From positions 12,958,001 through 13,022,000 of the forward strand of contig NC_086110.1 of the NCBI RefSeq assembly GCF_963921235.1: DNA of 64,000 nt. Direction: 5' to 3'. The notes below the pieces were generated by a model, which was not told the DNA's origin, ran no database searches, and was given only the letters and a program-made list of their open reading frames with translations. Source of the DNA: Mobula hypostoma (Eukaryota). Each line of letters starts with the position of its first letter. The stretch's first letter is position 1. The translations under genes and the position numbers were made by a program. This document shows, one piece after another, positions 1-12,400 of this stretch.

Positions 1-336
1 GATGTTGGGGAAGTCCAGAACGAGGGGTCACAGTTTGAGGATAAAGGGGAAGCCTTTTAGGATCGAGATTTGGAAACACTTCTTCACACAGAGAGTGGTG
101 AATTGTGGAATTCTCTGCCACAGGAAACAATTGAGGCCAGTTCATTGGCTATATTTAAGAGGGAGTTAGATATGGCCCTTCTGGCTAAAGGGATCAGGGA
201 GTATGAAGGGCAGGCTGGTACAGGGTTCTGAATTGGATGATCAGCCATGATCATACGGAATGGCGGTGCCGGCTCGAAAGGCCGAATGGCCTACTCCTGC
301 ACCTATTTTCTATGTTTTTCTATGTTTCTATGTTTC
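1..336 (+). mobile_element. CR1 LINE (family B) 3' end
   Basis: End of ORF2 (FFTQRVVN-like), 3' UTR and (TTCTATGT)n tail, near-identical to 35455-35786 and 48363-48688. Confidence 0.9.
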
Positions 337-1424
337 AAACTTGGGCAACCGATACTGTTTGTGCAGTATCTATGCCTCTGACATTCTTGTAAACCTCTCT
401 CAGATCAGCCCTCAGCCTTCGACGCCCCAATGGAAACAACCCAAGTTTATCCAGCCTCTCGTTATAGTATAAACGTTTCAACTGAATTTTCGTTATTCTT
501 TTGCTGAGATAATAGGAAGCTGTGTTGGACTTAGTTCGACTGCAAAATGAATGCTACTGTTCGATACCGTTGGGCAAGAGTGATTGGCTTATCCCAGCAG
601 GCTCTGCTCCATCGGCTGAGAGAGAAATCGTCTTAACACTTCAAATTGATAGTTTTTCACTCGGCCATGAACAGCAACGTTTCGTAATTTCCCCTCTTTG
701 TTAGAAGTTCCTGACGGGCCAAGGCTTCCTCATGTTTTTCGTTTGCTTAATTTCGCCTTACAGACATCCGCAGTGCTGTTTTCCATTAAATACCCTGCTT
801 TACATTAACCACCTAACGTGATATGCGATAAACACCTCTATGCATCATTTCAATGCATCGCGGAAATATTTTGGTTAAAGGCATCATGTCTCATCATGCC
901 ACTTTTCTATCTGCTCCTTACCCCATTAACACTGCTTTTAATATAAGATGGATGAGTACAGCACAGGAATAGGACCTTAGTCAAAGTTGTCTGTCGCGAA
1001 CACGATGTCATATTAAATTAAATCTTTGCGAGCTGATTGTGCTCTATATCCCAAAATCTACTGCATATTCGAGTGTCCATTCATAAGCCACTTTCCAACA
1101 GTATCTTTTTCTGCTTTCACCTGCTTTAATATATAAAGATTTTTGTTTAATTCCTGCAAATAAGGTACGTCGAGTTCCCGGCGCTCCTACATTTTATGCG
1201 AATTGAAATTTTTGTAACAATTTGTCACGTGTTTCTGCGAGTCCGTATGAAGGAAATGTATACCGTTTAAATGAAAGGGCAGGACTTTCAACTAATTCTC
1301 AAATGTATTTTCTAACTCGTCTTAGTCTGGAACACATTAAAGTAATCAAATGGCAATCTAGTTCTCAGTGACCTGAAGCAGATATTATTTCATGTAATCT
1401 ATGAATTCTGTTATGACTCGCAAC

Positions 1425-2060
1425 ATCTGAAAAAAATTACACGGCTGCCAGGAAGGAGCTCAAGAATGAAATTAGGAGAGCTAGAGGGGGGGCATGAGAA
1501 CGCATTGGCGAGCAGGATAAAGGAAAATCCCAAGGCATTCTACAAGTATGTGAAGAGCAGGAGGTTGAGCCGTGACGGAATGGGACCAAAGGAGAATGAG
1601 TAGAAACATGTGCATGGAGCCGGAGGAGATAGCGGAGGTAATTAACGTATACTTTGCTTCAGAATTCGCTAGTGAAAAGGACCTTGGCAATTGTGGGGAT
1701 GACTTACAGTGGCTTGGAACGCTTGAGACATTAAGAATGAGGACGTGCTTTTGATACTGTTGAAAGGTATTATGAATAGGTAGGGAAGGAACACCAGAGG
1801 ATTGGAAGGTTGCAAATGTTGTTTCCTTTTTCGATAAAGGGAGTAGAGATAACCCAGGAAATTATAAACCAGCGAATCCTACTTCTGGGGTGGACCAGTT
1901 GTTGGAGAAGATCCAAGAAGGCAGGATATGTGAGCATTTGGAGAGACATAATTTGATTAGGGATAGTCAGCATGGCTTTGGCTTTGTCAAGGGCGTGACA
2001 TGCTTTACGAACCTGATTAAATTCTTTGAGGATATAACAAAACACATTGATGAAGGTAGA
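1425..2060 (+). mobile_element. Decayed CR1 ORF2 fragment
   Basis: IKENPKAFYKY-like and LIRDSQHGF..KGVTCFTNLIKFFE RT motifs with indels. Confidence 0.8.
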
Positions 2061-3200
2061 ATTGAATGGAATTGAATTGAATTTAACTTAATACTTAAAT
2101 ACATGCTCATCTCCGTCTAAATGTGCAATATGCAATTTATAGTCATTTATAATAAATAGTATGTACAGCAGGATAGTCCATATAACATAGAAATAAAGCT
2201 GTGTCAACATGAGTTAAGCAGTTTAATGACCTGGTGGAAGAAGCTTTTAGATGAGATCAGATTAGATTCAACTTTATTGTCATTGTGCCGAGTACAGATA
2301 CAAAGCCAAGGAAACGTAGTTAGAATCTGACCAGAAATGCAAAGAATAGTGTTATTTACAAAATAACTTCGAATTAAAAGTAAGTGCTACAGCACACAAA
2401 TATAAAAGTACTGAGACAGTACAATATGGGTGCAATACTGCTTAGCGCTGTGATGTGAGATTCAGCAGGGTCACAGCCTCAGGGAAGAAGCTCTTACTGT
2501 GCCTGCTGGGAGGAGAATAAAAAGTCCATGGTTAGGGTGAGATGCATCCTTGATAATGCTTTTCACCCCGCCAAGGCAGCGTTTATTATAGATGTTCTCA
2601 ATGGTGGGCAATTGGGTGCCGATAATCAGCTGGAAAGTGTTCACCACACGCTGTAGTGTTTTGCGGTCCGATACGGGACAATTGCCATAGCAAGCTGAGA
2701 TGCAGTTGGTGAGTATGCTCTGAATGGTACAGCGGTAAAAGTCCGTCAGTATCCTGGGACAGAGGTGAGCTTTCGTCATGCTCCGCAAGAAATAAAGGGG
2801 CTGTTACGCCTTTTTGATCAGGATGGAGGAGTTCAGGGAGCAGGTGAGATCCTCGGAAATGTGGACACCAGGGAATTTTGAAGGTTGGTACACGCTCCGT
2901 TGATGTAGATGGGGACGGGAGTGTGGCTCCTAACATGCCTGAAATCCACAATGATCTCCTTGGTCTTCCGGACGTTACGGGCCAGCTTGTTGTCGGCACA
3001 CCACGCGGCCAGGTACTGGACCTCGTCCCTGTAGGCCGAATCTTCATCCCCTCTGATCAGGCCAACCACCGTTGTGTCGTCTGCGAACTTGACTGTGCAG
3101 TTAGAACCACGTACAGGAACGCCGTCATAGGTGAAAATGGAGTACAGAAGAAGGCTCAGCAAACTGCCGTGAGGCACGCTGGTGTTTAGGGTGAGAGGTG
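2060..3200 (-). mobile_element. Rex1/Babar-type LINE 3' fragment(s)
   Basis: LLYSIFTYD..VKFADDTTVVGLI..DSAYRDEV..KTKEIIVDFR and LTDFYRCTIQSILT motifs; (GAATT)n-type tail near 2060-2085. Confidence 0.8.
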
Positions 3201-3259
3201 TAACTTAACTGATTAGAGTCTGTTAGTCAGAAAGCTGCGGCACCATTTCTCGGATGGTA

Positions 3260-3875
3260 GCAGCTGGAAGAGTATTTGCCAAAGCTCTGTACGACCCTAT
3301 CTACCCGTGACGCCACTTGCAACATATTATGCAGCTTTATTCCCAGATCCTTTTGTCCTATCACACTCCTCAGTGCCCTGCGATTCACCGTGTAAGACGT
3401 ACCTAACCGAAATGCACTATCTCGTACATGTCAAATGTAAGTTCCAACTGCCATTTTTAGCCTAATTTTTCCTACTGATCCAGATCCCTCTGCAGCCAGG
3501 AGAGCTTCCCTTGCTGTCCACTACACCCACAATCCTGTTGTAAACCGCAAATTTGCTGATCTGGTTATCGACATCATCATCCAGATCGGTAATATAGATG
3601 ACAGACAGCAACGGACCCTGCGCAGATTCCTGCGGAATGCCCGATCAGAGAGGCAACCATACAACGTTATTTCTTGTCTTCTCCCACAAAGTCTGTGTCG
3701 AACCCAATTTACTACCTCATCTTGAATGCCAAGCGACTGAACCTTCTTGACCAATTTTCCATGATGGCCTTGTCAAATGCCTTACTAAAGTCGATGTTGG
3801 CAACATGCGCTGTCTTGTCTTCATCCACTTCCCTGGTAACCTCCTCGGAAAACTCTATCAAATTGGTTAGATATG
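3260..3875 (-). mobile_element. Decayed CR1 RT fragment
   Basis: KKVQSLGIQDEVVNWVRHRL and ISKFA-like segments on the minus strand. Confidence 0.7.
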
Positions 3876-3877
3876 AC

Positions 3878-4885
3878 GTACAATGCGCTTGTTCAGTCGT
3901 TAAGTCGAGACCGAATCTTCGTGACCAAGAAGACTTCTGTACACCAAGCCTTCTTGTTGGAAACTGCCTCTCTAAGATCCCCCAAGGTTATACGCATTGT
4001 CTGAGTAATATTATCCTCTGTCATTGTAGCCTCTGTCGCCCTCTACTTCTTTTACCTCCTGTTTTACCGAACATGACAGTCTTCTCCAAGGAATCCTGTC
4101 TACTCATGATTGGTCAAAATATTTCAAATTCTGTCTCATAATCAAGCCTCCTAATGATCAGTCTGGCGGTATTTGTTCAATTATTGTCTTGTTGGGTCTT
4201 CTTGCTCTCTAACGAACTCTTAACACTTTTCTCCAGCATCCAAGTTCAAAGGTGTTGATTCTTTTGTATTCAGTCCAGCTCTCACAGCCATGCGTTGCAA
4301 ATGGAAATACTATAGACTTGACTATACGGATTTTGGTAGACAATGTTATATCTCTGCTCTTTAGTATTTTATCTAAATTTGCCATTGCTGCCCTCCCCAG
4401 ATGTAAGCGGCGTTTAATTTTGTGGTTGCAGTTACCATTTATAGCAATCTTTGAACGGAGGAAGACAAAATCCGTCACTGTTTCCACTTCCTTTCCATTT
4501 ATTACCATGGAGTTGATAGGGATGGTCGACATAATCTTGGTTTTCTTCACATTGAGCACAAGCCAGCTTTTGCACTTTTTAATTTCACTTTGATGAGAAA
4601 TTTCCTCAGATCCTCCTTACTTTCAGCCATTGGAGTACCATCATCTGCACATCTGAGTTTCGTCCGGCACCACATTCCTCATAATGTGATCAGAATATAG
4701 ATTAAATAAATAGGCAGTGTCACATCCTGCAGCCTTATTATTGGCAATGCGTTTTTTTAATCACCCATTCGACTTCAGTTGCCAGAATGTCTGGCTCTAG
4801 ATCGATGAGGGAGTGATTGCAGATGTCTTCACCGTTGGGATCGTCCCTGTACAATTTTTGTATGTATTCCTGTCATTTCTTTCTG
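3878..4885 (-). mobile_element. RTE-clade (BovB-like) LINE 3' fragment
   Basis: LNVKKTKIM..VETVTDFVFL.SKI..IKRRLHLGR.AMANLDKILKSRDITLSTKIRIVK..FP....GCESWT matches the BovB/RTE post-RT region as I recall it; BovB-like 3' UTR near 3880-3930. Confidence 0.8.
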
Positions 4886-5559
4886 ATTGAATGGCGGAGC
4901 AGACCTGTACCTGAACCTGGACCCTAGCACCTGGGAGGCAACATCATCGGAAAATGTTGTTCTCATTCATGGAACCTCCTTTCTGTTCTCCTAAAGAATC
5001 CCCTATATCCACAGCTCGCCTCTTCTTTCCTCACCCCGGCAAACTTCCTTTTCTAGTCGCAGGGTGAGGCTTAGTGCCAAAGACCTGACGCCGTGACTTT
5101 CTCCTGATAGCTCATTGTCTCGAACAGTATTCAAAGTGGTATACCTGCTGTTGAGGGGAATGGCCACAGGGTACTCTATGCTGGCTGCTTAGATCCTTCC
5201 CCTTCCTGACGGTCACCCACATATAAACTGCAAATACATTATTCTGTCAGAACAAAAATATTACTTGATTAGTGCTTTCAATGAGAACAACGCAATGAAA
5301 GACACACCTTCAGCACTACACAAACATACATGATATGCAGACCACAAGGCTGTGCTAGTGGGAAAAGACATGAATGGCAAGTCCATAACCCATGTGCAAT
5401 AAAGCCTGAAATAAAAACTCGATGGATATCCTGGTTAGAATGCACAACTGAAAAAATGGACGGTAACAAGAGACATAGCATAACAATCAAAGCACAAGTA
5501 AAGTAGATTAATGAGCAATTTGGATATTTAACTGAAATTCTTGTTTTTATGCAATAATG

Positions 5560-6687
5560 TGTCATGGTCCGGTCCGTGAAATCCGCATTCCAGTTCACTG
5601 TCCAGTCCATCGATCCCTTATTCTAGGTTTCCCCGTTTTCCCTTGTCCAGCGTGTACCTTAATTGAGGCATATGATTCTCATCTTGGGCTGGATACATAA
5701 ACAGCTCCTGGGTTCAGCTTCAGTTGCTGGTCTGTTCCCTACCCTTCCGTTCAACTTCTGCCTGAAGCCTTTCCTGCAAACTATGCCTGAAGCCTTGTCC
5801 TGAAGACTTGCCTGGAACCTCGCCTGCTTCCTCGCCTGTATCGCTGTCAGGTTCTACCGCCGGAGCAAGACCGGAGCGTTGCTCTGTCTAGATAAGAAAC
5901 TGTCTATCGTTGTTTGGAACTGTCTCTGTGTCCACGACTTCGCTCTGTAGGTCTGGCCGTTTGCCACTACTTTGTGTTCGGTACCGTCTCAGTGTCCACG
6001 AGTTTGCTAGGTAAGTCGGGCCGTTTGCTGCTATCTTATTTTGGGAGCTGTCTCACTCTGTTCTGTGTACTAGTCCCGGCTATACGTCCTGCTCCCTAGG
6101 AGGGGTCCTGGCTCTGTGTAGAGCCCCGGCCCCAAGTCCTGTTCCCAAGGAGGTGTCCCGGCACTGTGGTCCGTGCTCCTGTCTCTCAAGACCTAGGCTC
6201 TGTATTCTGCATTCCTGTCTCCCAAGAGCAAGGCTCTGAGTTCTACGTTCCCGTCTCCCAAGACCAAGTCAAGGCTTTGGGGTCCCGTCCTGTCCTAACG
6301 CCTCTCCCAGCCCAGGAGTACTGCGTCTAGTCCAAGCCACGTCCAAGTACCTCGTCTAGTTCAGGCCACGTCCAAGCACCTTGTCTAGTCCCAGCCACGT
6401 CCATGTACCTTGTCTAGTCCAAGCCTGGTCCAAGCACCTTGTCTAGTCCAAGCAACGTCCAAGTACCTCGTCTACTCCAAGCCACGTCCAAGTACCTCGT
6501 CTAGTCCAAGCCACAGCTTTGTGTTCTCTTTCCTTTCCTAGCCAAAGTCCCAACCCAAGATTGTGTTCTTGTCCCAGCTCCTAGTCTACATCCTGTCACG
6601 TCCCTAACTCTAGTTCTAGTCCTGTTTCTAGTACTTCATTGTCTGTGCCTTGCATTTGGGTCCGGGACCAGCGCCCTCCTTATGACA
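5560..6687 (+). mobile_element. Solo LTR
   Basis: TGTCAT...ATGACA termini; flanks TAATG / GAATG (5-bp TSD with one mismatch); homologous to 55625-56768 in opposite orientation. Confidence 0.75.
6325..6514. repeat. 29-bp minisatellite (GTCTAGTCCAAGCCACGTCCAAGTACCTC), about 6.5 units, inside the LTR
   Basis: Units start at 6325, 6354, 6383, 6412, 6441, 6470 and 6499, with no spacers. Confidence 0.9.
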
Positions 6688-9346
6688 GAATGAGCACTAT
6701 TATTTTAAAATAACACGATCTTAACATGTTATTTAAACATATGCACGTAAAGCTTTAGAGTAAAAGATACTGTGTTTGCATGGAATTACTAATCAATTCC
6801 GCTGTTCCTCGGAATATTTACAAGAATCCTTGAAAATGTGAAATAATAATTGAAATAAAAGGAAACTACTCGGCTAATTCGGTGCGCCAGGCAGTGCGGG
6901 TTAAGGCATGCGGGTGTTTAATGTTTTGATCTGGAGGCTCGGGATTGGGAGTGTAGAGGGAAAATGCGCTCTATATAAATGTGAAAAGGAAGTGTACGAC
7001 CGGTGATAGATGGAACCAAGCTCGTTGGATGGAGTGGTGGAGTGTTTGCATGTGGAGCGAGAAAAATTTGATCCAATTTGCTCATTGCGGAATCCTGTAA
7101 AAACATGTAATAACGGGTCGAGTTAAACATGTTTTATGAAGCTTGATTAAAGGATATATATTGGACAGTTAATGGGAGATATCGCTATCATCCAAGAAAA
7201 CGATACCATGCGAGTAATGCTGCTCAGTCGGCAGTGCCAAGCGACCTTTATTTGAGATGTTTAGTGAAACGCATTTTGAGCGTAATTCATCCTCAGTGAT
7301 TTGCCGAAGCATTTTTAACCGAGATTTCGTCCTCTAATCCAGAAATTAACCAAAGTGAGAAGCTAAGGTTCAAATTTACGTCTGGTGTTTAGAGAACGAG
7401 ATATTGTTTATCGACAAAACTACAGCTTATCAGTTATTGGATTGTTTGTTAGTGGAGGAGTGTTTCTAAATAGATTATAACAACTCAAAGCAATAGAACT
7501 GCGGGGTGGGGGTCGGTGTGGAGGTGTCGTCGTAACAGCGTAGCAATTAGAGATGGCGCCCTCTCCAGGTCGTGACAGAACGCACTTGATTGGGATGATT
7601 CAGAGGAATTTACAAATTTACAGATATTTAAAATCCCTGAAACCGTTATCATTTATATTATTATTGTATTTATTTTCTATCTTCATTCGACTGTACTGAA
7701 ATATTTTTTTCTGATAAATATAGTGCACAGGATTAGAGAGGGCTTTTCTTTTGCGCAGGGCATTCTCCAGTGCGAGCAAATAATGATATATTTGAAATGA
7801 CGTTGAGCTGAGCTGAAACTGAATATGTCCTTAAAAGCACTTTGGAAAATATCACCAGCGCCTCGCAGTTGCTTGAGGAATTAGTCGACTCTTGTGACTG
7901 CCCTTCAGAGTAATAACAAACGGCTATTTGTGTTTTTTTATGAGTAGATGAAGAAATGAATAAGAAAGATAAGAGTACAAAGTTCCTGTCAACTACGAAC
8001 AAGATATAACTGTGCATTTTTAATTGAAAGTAAATACAGAACAATATTAAAAAGTGGAGAAATCGACGAGATTTGAGATGTGAAGGGAAATCTATCCCAG
8101 CCAGCATATCCAGCAGAACAGGTCTGAGCGGCCCACTCTTTTTTCCAGGCGTGTACGTTCTTATTATTTTTGCCAATTTCTCTGCATTACCGAAACTCTT
8201 TCCGAGAATAGGTTGTTGTTTGCATTATCAGACAGAGGATTTATTTCACTGCCTATGTTCCCTGTACCTACTCCCCACCTTCCTTAGTCCCTCACCTTAT
8301 CCCCCAACCACGTTGACCTGATGAGCAACAATAAAGTATTACTATAACAGGATACTCACCCTGTTGTGTCACATGTACATCTACCTGAACCGGAATTAAT
8401 GCGTCAATTTACTGACCATTGCCCAAATAAATGCTGGGCATATTGCAGACTTATTTCGCTCCATCAGGCAATTGGGAAGTTATTAATCGCCGTGGAGCTC
8501 TGTCCAAAGCACCATATTCTTCGAGGGTACACATCTAGACACGTGATTCCTGTAAATCTACTTTCCAACGTCTACAATTTTCAGTCAGATGTTATGATTA
8601 GACTAAACCTGATTTCCTTTAATGTGACCAGGTGCGTATCTCCTTGTTTGCGGGCTAGGACAGGTACACAGGTGGTGGTGCATTTCTCTCGCCTTTTGGG
8701 TGCCCTGGGATTTCTGTTACTATCATGTGGTAGTGCAGTTGCATTTTACAGCTAATTTTGAGCAACAATCCATGAATGTATACGAAACAGAAGAATACTG
8801 ATTTTTTTTATCATATGACATTTACTGATCAATATTCAAACACAGAGGTGTTATCGTGAGAACATGTTCCGATTTTTTTCACATCTTCTAATCTATATTT
8901 CCCTCGGTTGAACGTTGACATAAGTGAGCAAGAATAACTCTGCAGTTGACGGTATTTACCTTGAAAACAAAGTACTCTCGCTGGTGGTGACGAATCTCTC
9001 ATTTTTTTTTTCATATCTGAGGACTGTAGAGGGTGGGGCGGTACTTTAGGCCAAGTAGTTTTATTTCCTGGAATGATCGGGGAATGTTCAATGGAGATTC
9101 TGACCGGGTAGGAGAGACAGGCGGAACGGCTTATTCCTAATCTTATTCTTAATTTTTTTACTTTTATTCTTTCCAGTGATAATCGCTTCCAACAAATCGA
9201 AGACGAAATTGATCCCTTATCTTCCTAACTTATCCATGTGATCGATTAACAATCTTTGTCTGGAGGCAAGAAATGAAACGAATAAATGCCTCGGGTCTGC
9301 ACTCATTGATGGTCTATAGCTCTAAGCTGCAGTTGGATTCTCAGCT

Positions 9347-9478
9347 TCACAGTTTCTTTGATGTATTGACATCGGCGTACAATGCATGTTTGTTTTGATG
9401 TTTGGATGCTGGCGTGTTCTTAGAATCGGGAAACTGCAGAGCAGCGTAGGTCAGTTTGTCAGCTCCATTTCCTGTTGT
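9347..9478 (-). CDS. Terminal exon with two tyrosine motifs (LTYAAL = ITIM; ALYADV = ITIM-like)
   Basis: Acceptor attttcgcag, phase 0; TTGNGADKLTYAALQF...HALYADVNTSKKL*; minus-strand AATAAA at 9060-9065. Assignment to this gene is inferred from phase and motif pattern. Confidence 0.65.
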   Translation of the reverse strand, partial: TTGNGADKLTYAALQFPDSKNTPASKHQNKHALYADVNTSKKL

Positions 9479-12400
9479 CTGCGAAAATATTTCAAAATCA
9501 GGGGTTAATACAGAATCAATTGAGTTGAACAAATTGAATCAAGAATTGTAAAATAAATTAGTAATGCACTCATATGTTATCAATTTTAGATTTCAGCCGT
9601 TTTACACAAACGTTATGTCAACATTGTTTCAAAATGTTCCTTTTTGATTTAGTTGGCATTTCAACTCCAGGAGCCTGTGCTGTCCCACTGAACAATGAGC
9701 GTTTCTTTCCTTACTGAAAATGAACTTCAACAATATCGAGTTGGGAGAGTAGATAACTCCTTGCAGCAGCAGGTACAGTACAAAATATTTCCCTAACTCA
9801 ATATACAAGAGCATTGTTGTGTTATATTTGTCTGATTACCGCAAATCTTTAGTCTACAGATCTTATGGTGTTTCCTCAGTCACACCTGCCAACAGAATTC
9901 CAAATACACACAGACACTGTCATCAGTGGAGACCGCACAACTGATAGAATGAACGCTGGCAATTTGTTCATTCATGCCGTATGGTTACTGTTTTGTCACA
10001 GTTCGGTATTTCCATCAATGACACCAATGTTCGGTTGGTTCAGTGTTTCTCGGTTATTATCAGATATTCGAGTTCATTGTGGAGCTGATAATGAGCATTG
10101 GATAGGATGGCTATTCCTAGCTTCATGCTTTTTAGTGTTTCCACATTACATATGAAATTAAATTCATAAAAGCGAGGGTAAAAAAGATAATCTCAATGGA
10201 TTCTGCAGATGCTGGAAATCTTGAGGAATGCAAAAGAAATGTTATGTAATTCATTCGGTAAGGCAACATGCATGAAGGTAAATAAACTGCTGACGTTTCT
10301 GTCCGAAACGCTTTAGCAGGACACAGAAAGAAGGGGGTCAGAAGCTAGAATAGGAAGGTGGGGAATGAATACAAGATGACTAGTGATATGAGAAACCAGG
10401 TGGGAAAGAACGTGTGTTGATGATGGGGATGGAATGACTTAGAAGCTGGGAGGTGATGAGCGGAAAAGGAAAAGGGTGCAAGAAGGAATCTGATAGAAGG
10501 AGACAGTGGACCCCGGAAGAAATGGAAGAGGGAAGGGTACCAGTGGAGGTGAAGGGCAGATGAGGAGAAGAAATGAGGTGAAAGGGAGCCAGAATTGGGA
10601 ATGGAGAAAAAAATAGAAAGGGAACGATGAAATAAGCATTAAAAATTAGAGAGATCAATGTTCATGCCTTCAGGTTGGAGTCCATCCAGATGGAAGAAAA
10701 AAGTGATGATATTTCGAGGGTATTTAGTCGTAAATGGTACAATGACAAAGGTCATATCAGGTCTGTAAAATTAATCACCTTTGGAATATCGTTTATATAT
10801 ATGTTGGAATCGATTGTTAGGAATGAGATTACGGAGTACCTGGAGGTACATGACAAGTTAGGCCAAAGGCAGCATGGCTTTCTGATAGGAAAATCCTGCC
10901 AGTCTAACCTACCGCAACTTTTCGAGGAAATTGCTAGCAGAGTAGACAAAGGAGATGCAGTAGATGTGGTGCACTTGGATTTTCAGAAGGCCTTTGTCAA
11001 GGTGCCGCACATGAAGCTGCTTAGCAAGATAAGAGCCTATGGAATTACAGAAGCGTTACTAACATGGGTGGACATAGCTGATTGGCAGAAAACAGAGAGT
11101 GGAATAAAGGGATCCTATTCTGGCTGTCTACCCGTTACCAGCGGAGTTGCACAGGGGTTGGTGTTGCGACCCCTCCTTTTTATGATGCATGTCATTAAAT
11201 TGGAAGATGGGATTAATGGATTTTGGCTAAATTTGCCGATGATACAAAAATAGGTGGAGGGGCGGGTAAGTGCTGAGGAAACAGAGCCTGTAGAGAGACT
11301 TAGATAGTTAAAGGGAAAGGGCAAAGAAGTGGCAAATAAAATACAATGTTGGAAAGTGTATGGTCATGCACATTGGTGGAGGAAATAAACGTGCAGACTA
11401 TGATTTAGATGGGAAAAGAATTCAAAATGCCGAGATGCAAAGGGAATTGTGATTCCTTATGAAGGATATCTGAAAGGTCTCCAGGTTAAGTCGGTTGTGA
11501 AGAAGGCGAATGCAACGTTGGAATTCATTTCTCGAGGTATAGAATATAAGAACAGCGATGCGATGTTGAGGCTCTATGAGACACTCGTGAGACCACACTA
11601 GGAGTATTGTTTGCAGTTTTGGGGCTCCTTATTTTTGAAGGGATATGCTGACATCGGAGAGGGTTTAGAGAAGATTCACGAGAATGATTCCAGGAACGAA
11701 AGGGTTACCGTATGAGGAACGCCTGGCAGCTCTTGGGCTGTATTCCTTGGAGTTCAGGAGAATTGGGGCGGTGGGGGGGCGGGGGGGGGGTGGTGGGGAT
11801 CTCATAGAAAGATTCCGAATATTAAAAGGCTTGAACGGATTAGATGTGGCAAATTTATTTCCATGCTAGAGGAGTCTATGAGAAGAGGGCACAGCTTCAG
11901 GATTGAAGGATGTCCATTTAGAAAGAGGTGAGGAGGAATTACTTTAGTCAGAGGGTAGTAAATATGTGGAATTTGTTGCAATGAGCGACTGTGGAGGCCA
12001 AGTCATTGGGTGCTTTTAAGGCAGGGATAGAGCGATAGATACATTCTTGATTAGCCAGGGCATTAAAGGGTATGGGGAGAAGGCAGCGGATGTGGAGATG
12101 ACTGGAAGAATTGGATCAGCCCATGATTGAATGACGGAGCAGACACGATGGGCCGAATGGCCTACTTCTGCTTCTATATTTTATGGTCTTGTATATCTGT
12201 TTTGCGTGGCTCGGTACCGTAGCGGCTAGGTTAACACTATTACAGCAGCGGTGATCCAGGTTTAATTCCCGTAACCGACGAAATGGTGTGTTTCTATGTT
12301 TTCCCATGACCGTACGACTTTTTCTGGGCGCTCGGGTTACCTCCCACGTTCCAAAGACATACGGGTGAGTCGGCTAATAAGTCAGATGGGTGTAATTGGG

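Noticed and set aside
6325-6514. Regular 29-bp repeats as a CRISPR array
   Set aside because: Head-to-tail units with no unique spacers, inside an LTR in a eukaryotic genome; a minisatellite.
7733-8176. 147-aa minus-strand ORF downstream of the ITIM exon
   Set aside because: No recognisable domain, low-complexity hydrophobic composition, and no splice context linking it to the gene.
8660-8755. Signal-peptide-like plus-strand stretch (SRLLGALGFLLLSC)
   Set aside because: No nearby in-frame ATG, weak donor, and no downstream Ig exon on the plus strand.
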